32,000 nt of DNA, taken from NCBI RefSeq assembly GCF_900232105.1, contig NZ_LT934425.1:480001-512000 (forward strand), given 5' to 3'. Made by a program: the position numbers and the translations under genes. The notes below the pieces were generated by a model. The model was not told the origin of the DNA and searched no databases. It saw only the letters and a program-made list of their open reading frames with translations. The DNA comes from Candidatus Kuenenia stuttgartensis (GTDB lineage: Bacteria > Planctomycetota > Brocadiia > Brocadiales > Brocadiaceae). Positions 8,885-18,282 of this stretch are shown piece by piece. Within the stretch, counting starts at the first letter, position 1. The number at the start of each line of letters is the position of its first letter.

Positions 8885-9514
8885 TTATTTTCTAATGTTT
8901 GCCCTCATGACAACAACATGCTCCTGTCCATACCAATCGAGCTTAATCCTGTCTTTCTCAATATTCTTTACCTTGTAGTCAACAATCGACTCCCCTTCTT
9001 CTATAAAAATATAAGCACTTTTATTTTTTTCACGATCAGGATTGAGTATCAGTGCCTTTTTCACATCACCGAGTATTAAAATACCAAACAGCTTAATCGG
9101 TTTTGGGTTGCCTTTTGGTTTTTGTTCTTCAACTTTCGGTATGGGTTCTTCTTTTTTAGGCAAGGGATCTCTCTTTGCGGTTGCGGTTTTGATTTTTTTT
9201 TCTGAGGGCCTCCAATCACTGCGGTCCTGAGAAAATGGATTATTCGACAATAGCGTTTCATAATCATCAATCGTTTTTTTATCCTTGTCGAGAAACGTCA
9301 GTTGTTTTTTATTGTCGGGAGCCTTTTCAATAAAATCACTCCTTTTTATCGTATCCTCAGGAGGTTTATATACCAAAAGCACACTTATGCCAACCATGCC
9401 TAAAAAGCTGACAAGCAATATGAGGTTTATTACCGGTAAATAATTCTTCCAGCGCCTCAGCTTTTCAGTAAGGATTTTGGCAATTATTTGTAAATAGTGC
9501 GTATTTATTTTCAA
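8885..9514 (-). CDS. N-terminally anchored hypothetical protein, possibly GspC/PilP-like
   Basis: A 209-aa ORF with a TTG start in the track. It has one N-terminal TM segment, a lysine/proline-rich linker and a C-terminal beta-rich segment (IKLFGILILGDVKKALILNPD...DYKVKNIEKDRIKLDW) reminiscent of the GspC/PilP core. It lies directly upstream of the GspF-family gene. Confidence 0.4.
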   Translation of the reverse strand: MKINTHYLQIIAKILTEKLRRWKNYLPVINLILLVSFLGMVGISVLLVYKPPEDTIKRSDFIEKAPDNKKQLTFLDKDKKTIDDYETLLSNNPFSQDRSDWRPSEKKIKTATAKRDPLPKKEEPIPKVEEQKPKGNPKPIKLFGILILGDVKKALILNPDREKNKSAYIFIEEGESIVDYKVKNIEKDRIKLDWYGQEHVVVMRANIRK

Positions 9515-9873
9515 GGTTTTTAATGTGTCTTAAGATTTTTTAAATACTTACGAAACATCTTTATTCTAACAGCGCATTCAGGCTTTTCAAGGCATTCTCG
9601 TTTTTGCCTCTTTTGATAATTCAGTTTCGCTTTGTTTGTGATGAACTTTTGGTTTGAAACGAAAATAAAACAATACCATATGCATAATACACAATTTTGC
9701 ATTTTACCGCACCATACCCTTCAACAAAAAGGGGGAAAAAATGTTGGCAACGGCTATAAATGGTATTATTAAAACACAGGACAGGAACTCTGGCGCACTA
9801 CAGCCGTTGCCATTATTACGTTTATAGACATAGCGGCACCGTCAAGTTGAGAAAATAGACATCTTAAACAACT

Positions 9874-10524
9874 GGTTCAATGAGACGCGACATTAGTTTT
9901 TTCCCTTATTCTTGACATCCATGTTTCAATAATGAGACGGGAATATTTCTCGTTTAGATTACTGTATTGATGTTAGTTTCAATTCCTTATAGGTGCAATG
10001 AGACGTCACTTAAGTCTTTTTCACGCAGGCGACTTGTAGCTGTTTCAATTCCTTATAGGTGCAATGAGACAAGCGTCGATGAACAATTTAGAATTGCCCG
10101 TGATAGGTTTCAATTCCTTATAGGTGCAATGAGACAGCTAACGCCTCATAATCCCTGTTGTATATCTTTAGTTTCAATTCCTTATAGGTGCAATGAGACT
10201 GGGTAATCTTAAGAAAAAACTTCCCGACCAAATACTGTTTCAATTCCTTATAGGTGCAATGAGACTGTACAGAAGCAAGGCTTTTCATTAATTCCACTAC
10301 TGTTTCAATTCCTTATAGGTGCAATGAGACGCCTTTAAAACCAATATTATTGCACTTCTTGCACCCGTTTCAATTCCTTATAGGTGCAATGAGACTGGTA
10401 ATGGTGCAAGGCGTGATATCGGCATTGTAACGTTTCAATTCCTTATAGGTGCAATGAGACGCATGTCAAATGCCTTGTCTATTGCACGCTCAACAGTTTC
10501 AATTCCTTATAGGTGCAATGAGAC
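9874..10524 (-). CRISPR. Array block A (trailer end): 9 full repeats plus 2 decayed repeats
   Basis: Full repeats start at 9976, 10041, 10106, 10171, 10237, 10302, 10367, 10432 and 10496. The decayed repeats GGTTCAATGAGAC (9874-9886) and GTTTCAATAATGAGAC (9923-9938) keep 36-37-nt spacer spacing. Confidence 0.95.
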
Positions 10525-10642
10525 CCACCGTGGTGGGTGGGTCACGCCCCATAAGCGCTAACTTGTTTTATTGACAAATTTTATTCATCATGGTATTTTT
10601 ATGTTAATTATCCCGCTAATCACTCTATAGGAGGATAAAGCC

Positions 10643-11746
10643 ATGATGAGAGAAGATTGGGATCTTCTAAGAACTTTCTTCCCAAACGATTGGAAAAGTT
10701 TAGCCGTTGATACAAATGCTTTAAAAGGCTTGCGCAAGGATAAATCTGAAGAAAAGCTTCTTCGAACATTATTAATTCATTTAGGATGTGGCTATTCATT
10801 GCGTGAAACAGTAGTTCGAGCCAAGCGTGCTAACTTAGCAGATTTATCCGATGTTGCCTTATTAAAGCGATTAAAAAAGAGCAAAGAATGGCTATATAAA
10901 TTATGTTTATCTTTATTCCGTGAGCGTGGCCTCCAAATTAATAAACGGAATAATTTTCATCTTCGCTTATTTGATGCAACAACAGTAAAGGAACCTGGGA
11001 AAACAGGAAGTCTTTGGCGCATTCATTATAGTATTGAGGTTCCTTCATTATCTTGCGATTTCTTTAAACTTACGGGAACTGAAGGAGAAGGCACAGGAGA
11101 ATCTTTTCGGCAGTTTCCGATGAAAAAAGATGATTATATTATAGCTGACAGAGGTTACTGTACTGGCCAAGGAATTCATCATGCAACAAGGAAAGGCGCT
11201 TATCTTAGCGTTAGAGTTAATTCGCAATCTCTACGGATATTCGGCGAAGAAAAGAAACCCTTTCCTTTATTGAAAGAAATCCAATATTTAAAAAGACCCC
11301 TTGCTATAAAATCATGGAACGTTTTTATTCCAAACGTTGATAATACTGAATATGTCAAAGGGCGTCTTTGTATAATACGCAAAACAGAAGAAGCCATTAA
11401 AATAGCTCATAAAAAACTTAAAAGACATGCAAGCAAAAAGGGCATTGAACTAAAACCGGAGACCCTTATTTATGCCAAGTACGTAATAGTATTCACAACG
11501 TTTCCTGAAAATCAATTTACCGCTTTTGATATCTTAGAATGGTATCGAGTTCGATGGCAAATTGAACTGGTCTTTAAAAGATTTAAACAAATAGCACAAT
11601 TTGGACACTTACCTAAATACGATGATGATAGCTCAAAAGCTTGGCTTTATGGCAAACTATTCGTTGCTCTTTTGACAGAAAAACTAATAGATTTTGCTAC
11701 GTCTTTTTCCCCCTGGGGATACTTCATTGTCAAGCAAGAAGACTAA
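10643..11746 (+). CDS. IS4-family DDE transposase (frame-broken near the 3' end)
   Basis: A 367-aa ORF containing the Y-2-R-3-E-6-K signature (YRVRWQIELVFKRFK). The C-terminal about 70 aa continue in another frame (11691-11915). Confidence 0.8.
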   Translation: MMREDWDLLRTFFPNDWKSLAVDTNALKGLRKDKSEEKLLRTLLIHLGCGYSLRETVVRAKRANLADLSDVALLKRLKKSKEWLYKLCLSLFRERGLQINKRNNFHLRLFDATTVKEPGKTGSLWRIHYSIEVPSLSCDFFKLTGTEGEGTGESFRQFPMKKDDYIIADRGYCTGQGIHHATRKGAYLSVRVNSQSLRIFGEEKKPFPLLKEIQYLKRPLAIKSWNVFIPNVDNTEYVKGRLCIIRKTEEAIKIAHKKLKRHASKKGIELKPETLIYAKYVIVFTTFPENQFTAFDILEWYRVRWQIELVFKRFKQIAQFGHLPKYDDDSSKAWLYGKLFVALLTEKLIDFATSFSPWGYFIVKQED

Positions 11747-11915
11747 AAGCAAATGGCGTGAATTTGCTTTTATGCTTAATCAAGTAAAACGGGCTATAGA
11801 ACCAGCGTTATCATTACAGGAAGTTCTTAAGTGCTGGAATGACATTGCTTGTTCTTTAGCAGAAAATACAAGAATCCGAAAAACACAGATATCAAAATAC
11901 TTCGAGCGCACCTAA
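11691..11915 (+). pseudogene. C-terminal remainder of the IS4 transposase in the +1 frame
   Basis: The frame is open from 11691 to the stop at 11915 and overlaps the end of ORF 10643..11746. The frame switch must lie within 11691-11743, which contains the T5C5 tract (11704-11713) and a G4 run. Confidence 0.6.
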
Positions 11916-11954
11916 AACAAGTTAGCGCTTATGGGGTCACGCCCTGTCATTGCG

Positions 11955-13063
11955 GTTTCAATTCCTTATAGGTGCAATGAGACAATTACCGTCGTATCTT
12001 TCCCCGTTTTCCGGGATAGGTGCAATGAGACGTTCCTTCCCTCTCCAATTGTAGAACACAATACCGAGTTTCAATTCCTTATAGGTGCAATGAGACTCAT
12101 CAATATTTTCATCTAATGTAGTGGATGCGAAGTTTCAATTCCTTATAGGTGCAATGAGACTTTATCGACGAGGCAGTGCTGTACTGCCTCTCTGACGGTT
12201 TCAATTCCTTATAGGTGCAATGAGACTTTTCGTTTTTCGGCCTGATAAGCTCAGTGATAATGTTTCAATTCCTTATAGGTGCAATGAGACTCTGCCTACA
12301 TAGTTTTGTTGTAGGATTATAGATAGTTTCAATTCCTTATAGGTGCAATGAGACGCTGAAGGTGGTAGATGAGGGGTCATATCTTATTGGTTTCAATTCC
12401 TTATAGGTGCAATGAGACTCGGTTTCCTCGGCTCCGTACATGCCTCCGAAATCCTGGTTTCAATTCCTTATAGGTGCAATGAGACCCGCCACGCCTGCGG
12501 CAAGTAAAATCCTTATTGCTGAGTTTCAATTCCTTATAGGTGCAATGAGACAAATAATTATACTCAGAACTAAAAATCAAATTATCGTTTCAATTCCTTA
12601 TAGGTGCAATGAGACCGCAGGCGAGTCGTGCCTGGCGCGGCATGACAACGCTGTTTCAATTCCTTATAGGTGCAATGAGACTTGATTCGCATATAGACGA
12701 TACAAGCGACCCTCGTTTCAATTCCTTATAGGTGCAATGAGACTTGCGGGTGAGATAGTACATTGCGGCTGATGCGGCGTTTCAATTCCTTATAGGTGCA
12801 ATGAGACAATAGAATCCAGTATCGACATGGCCATGTTTTCAAGTTTCAATTCCTTATAGGTGCAATGAGACATTATTATTGTTTGTGGTTAGTCGTTGGT
12901 TGATCGTGTTTCAATTCCTTATAGGTGCAATGAGACGTGTTTGGGAATTTCTTTTCACGCCCTTCCGAGATTGTTTCAATTCCTTATAGGTGCAATGAGA
13001 CTTGATTCGCATATAGACGATACAAGCGACCCTCGTTTCAATTCCTTATAGGTGCAATGAGAC
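11955..13063 (-). CRISPR. Array block B: 17 full repeats plus 1 truncated repeat
   Basis: Repeats start at 11955, 12068, 12132, 12198, 12262, 12326, 12390, 12457, 12523, 12587, 12653, 12715, 12779, 12843, 12908, 12972 and 13035. A 16-nt repeat 3' part (ATAGGTGCAATGAGAC) lies at 12016-12031. Confidence 0.95.
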
Positions 13064-13067
13064 CCTA

Positions 13068-15079
13068 CTAGCGTGAGTTTATCACAAAATAAGGCATGAA
13101 GCAACGTAACATAAATACAGTCAATGCGTTAAGCACAACATCAATTGTATACACTGAGTCCTTGAAGTTTCAGCCGATGTTTGTGGAAATCCATAATGCC
13201 TAACGCATTCATCAACAGAGATTCCTTGTCGGACATTTCTTCCAATTTGTAGGTAGCCTTAACTCTCCCTCTGGCCTTTGTTTCTTCAAGCATAGCAGAA
13301 AGCCTTATATTATTAAGGGTGTCTAACAGGGTATCTAACGTTCCACTAAATTGTGCGTGCGCTTTTGCCTGATACCACACAATCGCCGCCATTAGGTATC
13401 CGAGGACGCAAATAAAAAAATGCACCCTGATTTTCTGATCCGTCCAGTGAAATTGCGGTTTTAAAGCAAGGTGATAGGGGTTCTTGAGATTTCTAAAGGC
13501 ATGTTCAATTTTTGATTGCCCATAGTAGGCTTTTATAATGTCCGCGGTATCCCAATCGTGATGGTCTGTCATAAGAATCCTGAACCCCAGTTCCCCTTCT
13601 ATTTCTTCGAGCTTTTTCTGGTCGATTGAAAAATTCAATTGAAACTTGCCTTCAGATACCTCTTTTAACGACCAATCGATAACATCCTTCGCAAATTGAC
13701 ATTTCACTACACTTCTTATCGTATCCTCCAGACCCTCTTTGTCCCGCATCTTTCCCTTTGGATTACACAGATGCTGCTGTAAGAGCTTTAACTGATGTTC
13801 TGCCTTTTCCAGAGACTGAGACATTCCCCTTAATTGCCCAACCTTTAATTTCTCGGAAATAAATACGACAACGGTTCTTTCCTGCCCCCAAATAACCCGT
13901 TTGTCATGGTACACCTGTATCTTACTGCCGTCAACGTCATATTCCCTGAAATTACACATGGCATCCCCTACCAACTGCTTGTGATGATACGGTGTAAGCG
14001 CTCCAACGTAATGCAATGCCAATCTCTCTACAATAGCCATATTGTCCATGGAATTGTTTCCACGATCAAAAACAATAGTGTGCTTTTTGCTGTCGAAACC
14101 TAATCCGGTCATCCTGTCTTTTATCGTCTCAAGAACCGCGCTGAACACCTTTGCATCCGCCATGTTCCCCTGATAGGTATGGTGAAACAACGGTATCATG
14201 TCGTTACGTGTAACGACCATCGCCAACCCGACCTGCCTGAGATCGTATCGCTTTTGTTTGTTTTTCCCCCGCCGGGCAATAGTGCATCGCAGATTAGTTG
14301 TGTCGATATACGTGAAAAAATTGGTTGTATCAAAAAACAGTGTGTCGCTTTGAAGGTTGTATGTTTTAAATGTCTTTTCAATTAATTCGCGCTCGATTTC
14401 TGCAATGGATTCTTCAGGAAGTGCATCCATCAAATCCCAGAAATGCTGACTGTCTATTTTACTCAAGCTGTGTCTGAGTAAGTATTCGGCAGTAGTCGTC
14501 TTTGCCCAATCCCACCATCCTCTTTTGCTGGTAGGCACACACACTCTCCCCACGGCACCCAACAAGAGGGTACTTCCGGCGGTCAGATTATTTCGAACAG
14601 GTTTTTTAGCACAATACTGCCGTGGCGACTTTATATATTTATTAATCACGGAAGGGACGTCCAGGGCATTGGCCACACTTAGCAATGCGGCTACCGCGCC
14701 ATGTGAATAAGATTTGAGCCGTAATTTTTCGGTAAGACCTTGCAGTTGTTTTAATAAATCGTCTGCCTTGCCAAGATAGGCCAGGACGATGGGCCTGGGC
14801 TTGCCGTTAACGCGCCGCGATTCGACAATATACCAATATTTATAACCTCTGGAGTTTTTAGATTGAATGGTAGCCATGGCTATTAGTTGTTAGTGTATAC
14901 GTAATAGATTAATACTCCGTGTATAATAGTATATACAGGCATATAATGCAATATAAATATAGTATTATTCAGTGTATACATAATTTTTTAGACAAAAAAA
15001 GTCGCAACCCGATACAAATCATTGGATTGCAACTTGATGTCTTTGTCTTACACCTTATTTCGTGATAAACTCACGCTAG
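13068..15079 (-). mobile_element. IS1634-type (IS4-related) insertion sequence (about 2.0 kb) inserted in a spacer
   Basis: The terminal inverted repeats are (CTA)GCGTGAGTTTATCACAAAATAAGG at 13068-13094 and CCTTATTTCGTGATAAACTCACGC(TAG) ending at 15079, with 1 mismatch. The flanks rejoin to a 36-nt spacer if TA is the duplicated target. The exact ends are uncertain by about 3 nt. Confidence 0.75.
13141..14877 (-). CDS. IS1634-family transposase
   Basis: A 578-aa intact ORF. The N-terminus (MATIQSKNSRGYKYWYIVESRRVNGKPRPIVLAYLGK) and the C-terminal YYGQSKIEHAFRNLK region are typical of IS1634-group DDE transposases. Confidence 0.8.
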   Translation of the reverse strand: MATIQSKNSRGYKYWYIVESRRVNGKPRPIVLAYLGKADDLLKQLQGLTEKLRLKSYSHGAVAALLSVANALDVPSVINKYIKSPRQYCAKKPVRNNLTAGSTLLLGAVGRVCVPTSKRGWWDWAKTTTAEYLLRHSLSKIDSQHFWDLMDALPEESIAEIERELIEKTFKTYNLQSDTLFFDTTNFFTYIDTTNLRCTIARRGKNKQKRYDLRQVGLAMVVTRNDMIPLFHHTYQGNMADAKVFSAVLETIKDRMTGLGFDSKKHTIVFDRGNNSMDNMAIVERLALHYVGALTPYHHKQLVGDAMCNFREYDVDGSKIQVYHDKRVIWGQERTVVVFISEKLKVGQLRGMSQSLEKAEHQLKLLQQHLCNPKGKMRDKEGLEDTIRSVVKCQFAKDVIDWSLKEVSEGKFQLNFSIDQKKLEEIEGELGFRILMTDHHDWDTADIIKAYYGQSKIEHAFRNLKNPYHLALKPQFHWTDQKIRVHFFICVLGYLMAAIVWYQAKAHAQFSGTLDTLLDTLNNIRLSAMLEETKARGRVKATYKLEEMSDKESLLMNALGIMDFHKHRLKLQGLSVYN

Positions 15080-15107
15080 AGCACTTAAGACCTATTGTAC
15101 CTCACAA

Positions 15108-16174
15108 GTTTCAATTCCTTATAGGTGCAATGAGACGTAGGAAAAAACTTGAAATAGTCCGAGACCACCACAGGTTTCAATTCCTTATAGGTGCAATGAG
15201 ACAATCCTTTTTGGAATACCTGTTGTTCCCGCAATCAAGTTTCAATTCCTTATAGGTGCAATGAGACCTGTTGTTCGCCTTCGTTATCACCCTGAACACT
15301 TTCGTTTCAATTCCTTATAGGTGCAATGAGACGATATCACAGAGTGTGAAATGGAGGGGGTCTTTATAGTTTCAATTCCTTATAGGTGCAATGAGACCCT
15401 ATACTTCTCAATAATTGGGAGAATTGTTTCTACGTTTCAATTCCTTATAGGTGCAATGAGACCAGCAGAAATGATCATGCTTGAGAAAATGTGCCACAGT
15501 TTCAATTCCTTATAGGTGCAATGAGACAAGGGTGCTATATAAATACGAGTGTATCTCTTTTAGTTTCAATTCCTTATAGGTGCAATGAGACATTCTCCCG
15601 TTCCAAGCGACGACCCAAAAATTCTCCGTTTCAATTCCTTATAGGTGCAATGAGACGGGGCAACTCTCAATGCAGATGGTACGGTAACGGGGTTTCAATT
15701 CCTTATAGGTGCAATGAGACTGTATGTACTCCAAAAATGTCTTTATTTTTCTGTCAGTTTCAATTCCTTATAGGTGCAATGAGACTACGACGCAGTGTAT
15801 ATATCTGCGCTTGCCCAATACGTTTCAATTCCTTATAGGTGCAATGAGACAAGTGCAAGCCACGTATTCGTAAGATGGAATGTAAGCGTTTCAATTCCTT
15901 ATAGGTGCAATGAGACGCCTCTCTAACATCAGAGGTTAGATCCCTACGTCCGTTTCAATTCCTTATAGGTGCAATGAGACCAAATTCGGTGTCCTTACTG
16001 TATTTCTTCTACCACGTTTCAATTCCTTATAGGTGCAATGAGACTTGTAAGTTTTCGCACGTAATTCCTGCCTTTTTTCAGGTTTCAATTCCTTATAGGT
16101 GCAATGAGACAGGGGATTCTCAGGCTACCAGTTCTAACATATCACGTTTCAATTCCTTATAGGTGCAATGAGAC
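15108..16174 (-). CRISPR. Array block C: 17 repeats
   Basis: Repeats start at 15108, 15174, 15239, 15304, 15369, 15434, 15499, 15563, 15628, 15692, 15757, 15822, 15888, 15952, 16016, 16082 and 16146. Confidence 0.95.
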
Positions 16175-16298
16175 TTGATTTTATTTAGCCATGTATAATC
16201 TCCCCACGGCGCTGTCAAAGTTTTCCATAAGCACATAATATACAAAGATATGTAAAAAAACGTGGACATTCCCCCTAAAATATTTTATATTATAGGGC

Positions 16299-17627
16299 AT
16301 GAACCAGCATACAACACCAATCGATAACACACACAACGAACTACTTCATTCAATTACCGTTCGTCCTGTTTCACAAAACGACCAGGCAAATTGGGACACA
16401 CTGATGCGCCAGCATCATTACCTTGGATTTCGTTCTCTCGTAGGAGAATCAATTCGCTACGTAGCGGAATCACAGGGACAATGGCTTGCCTTGATCGGCT
16501 GGGCTGCCGCAGCATTAAAATGTACCGTTCGCGATAAGTGGATTGGATGGCCGCCATTTTTAAAATCACAACGCCTGAAACTCATAGCAAACAACTCACG
16601 TTTCCTGATCCTTCCTCAGATACACGTACCAAACCTTGCCTCCCGTATTCTTTCTCTTAACCTTAAACGCTTATCACAAGACTGGACTAAGGTCTATGGG
16701 CATCCAATCTGGCTTGTGGAGACCTTTGTCGACCCTCGTTTTTTTAAAGGCGTCTGCTATAAGGCCGCAGGATGGATTTTTTTAGGACATTCAACCGGTT
16801 TTGCCAGATCATCACAAGGCTATCTTCTGCACAATAAGCCAAAGATGGTCTTTGTTCGCTCATTGAAAGCACAAGTCCAAAAACAACTTAACAACCTTAA
16901 TCTTACCATACAATTAAGAAAGGAGACAAAGCCTATGAAATTATCTTTAAAAGATGCGGAATTTCTTGACGAATTATTGCAGCAAATCCCTGAACATCGC
17001 ATGCCCAGAGGCGTTCGCCACAGGAAACGTTCTATCCTGGCAATTTCTATCTGTGCTATCATCTGCAATGCCTGGAGCTTTGCCGCCATTGCAGAGTGGG
17101 CAAAGCGTTGTCCGCAAAATATGCTCAAACGTCTCTCCTGCCGTTATAATACAAAAACGAAACGATACGAACCACCGAGTGAACCTACCATCAGGCGTTT
17201 CTTACAGCAGGTGGATGCAGAAGCAGTTGATAAAGTCCTCTCGCGTTGGTTTCAATCTGTCGGTGATAAAAGCCTGCCCATTGCGGTTGACGGGAAAACC
17301 CTTTGCGGTGCAAGACAGCCTGACGGCAAACAGGTACATTTGCTTGCCGCTTTTCTTCATAAACAGGGTATAGTTCTCGCACAAACTCAGGTAGACCGCA
17401 AAACAAACGAAATACCGATGGTTCCGGTATTGTTTGATGATTTAGACATAAAAGACCGTGTCGTTACTTTCGATGCCTTACATGCGCAAAAGGAAACCGC
17501 CCGTTATCTGGTAGAAGACAAAAAGGCAGAATATATATTCACGGTGAAAGATAATCAAAAAACCATAAAACAAGCCATCAAGGAACTGAATCTCAGTTCT
17601 TTTCCCCCCTCAGCACGAAACAATTGA
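16299..17627 (+). CDS. DUF4338-like N-terminal domain fused to an ISAs1-family (H-repeat-associated) DDE transposase; frame-broken
   Basis: A 442-aa ORF. Residues about 1-195 (HHYLGF...IRYVA...WLALIGWAAAALKCTVRDKWIGW...NNSRFLILP...NLASRILSL...ETFVDPRFFKGVCYKAAGW) look like DUF4338. The remainder (RGVRHRKRSILAISICAIICNAWSFAAIAEWAK...AVDGKTLCGA...TFDALHAQKETA) is ISAs1-type. Confidence 0.75.
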   Translation: MNQHTTPIDNTHNELLHSITVRPVSQNDQANWDTLMRQHHYLGFRSLVGESIRYVAESQGQWLALIGWAAAALKCTVRDKWIGWPPFLKSQRLKLIANNSRFLILPQIHVPNLASRILSLNLKRLSQDWTKVYGHPIWLVETFVDPRFFKGVCYKAAGWIFLGHSTGFARSSQGYLLHNKPKMVFVRSLKAQVQKQLNNLNLTIQLRKETKPMKLSLKDAEFLDELLQQIPEHRMPRGVRHRKRSILAISICAIICNAWSFAAIAEWAKRCPQNMLKRLSCRYNTKTKRYEPPSEPTIRRFLQQVDAEAVDKVLSRWFQSVGDKSLPIAVDGKTLCGARQPDGKQVHLLAAFLHKQGIVLAQTQVDRKTNEIPMVPVLFDDLDIKDRVVTFDALHAQKETARYLVEDKKAEYIFTVKDNQKTIKQAIKELNLSSFPPSARNN

Positions 17628-18057
17628 AAAAGGCCATGGCCGCATTGAAATCCGCAGGATTTGGACCAGCACCGAATTAAACGAATATCTTGATTTCCCC
17701 TACGTTAAGCAGGTATTTTGCATTCATAGAATATTTACAAAAGTCAAGACCGGCAAAAAGACCGAGGAAATTGTTTACGGTATTACCAGCCTGACACAAC
17801 AAAAAGCAAGTCCCAAAACCATTCTTAAGTTTTCCCGCGGACACTGGTCAATAGAAAATGGACTTCATTATGTGCGTGATACCTCCTTCCGTGAAGACCA
17901 TTCTCAAATACGCACACAAAATGCCCCAAGGGCAATGGCTTCTTTGAAGAACCTTGTGGTTGGGCTGTTTCATTTTCTCAATGTACCAAATATTGCAAAG
18001 ACGCTCAGAAATTTTGCGGCAAGACCTTTTCTTGCACTTCAAATGCTTCGCTTGTAA
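17590..18057 (+). pseudogene. C-terminal third of the ISAs1 transposase in the +1 frame
   Basis: The frame is open from 17590 and encodes ...EKGHGRIEIRRIWTS...RGHWSIENGLHYVRDTSFREDHSQIR..., the conserved ISAs1 C-terminus. The switch must lie in 17590-17624, which contains the T4C6 tract (17600-17609). Confidence 0.75.
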
Positions 18058-18282
18058 TGTAGAGAACAAAAAAAAGCCTTTATTTTTTTACTATCTCTTT
18101 CATTACTACAGGGATACTCCCGCTCCATTTTGCTTGTTTTGCTCATTCTTGCCCGTTTACATGAGAACCCTATCGTTTTTAACTTTCTTCTCCACTTATT
18201 GACGGGAGCTTTTGGCACAAATTCTTGATCCGCGTCTTTCGTAGGGTGACTTTGACGTTGCCGTGATAATCTCCCGAATACC

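Larger units (their letters stand above)
10547..11936 (+). mobile_element. IS4-family insertion sequence (about 1.39 kb) inserted in a spacer
   Basis: The 23-bp terminal inverted repeats are CCCCATAAGCGCTAACTTGTTTT (10547-10569) / AAAACAAGTTAGCGCTTATGGGG (11914-11936). They are flanked by the direct repeat TCACG (10542-10546 and 11937-11941). Removing the IS and one TCACG restores a 35-nt spacer. Confidence 0.85.
16205..18265 (+). mobile_element. ISAs1-family insertion sequence (about 2.06 kb) inserted in a spacer
   Basis: The imperfect terminal inverted repeats are CACGGCGCTGTCAAAGT (16205-16221) / ACTTTGACGTTGCCGTG (ending at 18265). A 10-bp target duplication, ATAATCTCCC, lies at 16195-16204 and 18266-18275. 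Excision restores a 37-nt spacer. Confidence 0.85.

Noticed and set aside
9520-9702. A 60-aa minus-strand ORF just upstream of the GspC-like gene
   Set aside because: It has an AT-rich, Lys/Cys-rich low-complexity translation with no RBS or motif. The region is more likely a promoter or 5' region.
10525-16204. The idea that the IS elements specifically target spacers rather than repeats
   Set aside because: Spacers make up about 55% of array length. Three of three insertions in spacers has a chance probability of about 0.17, and the three target duplications share no motif.
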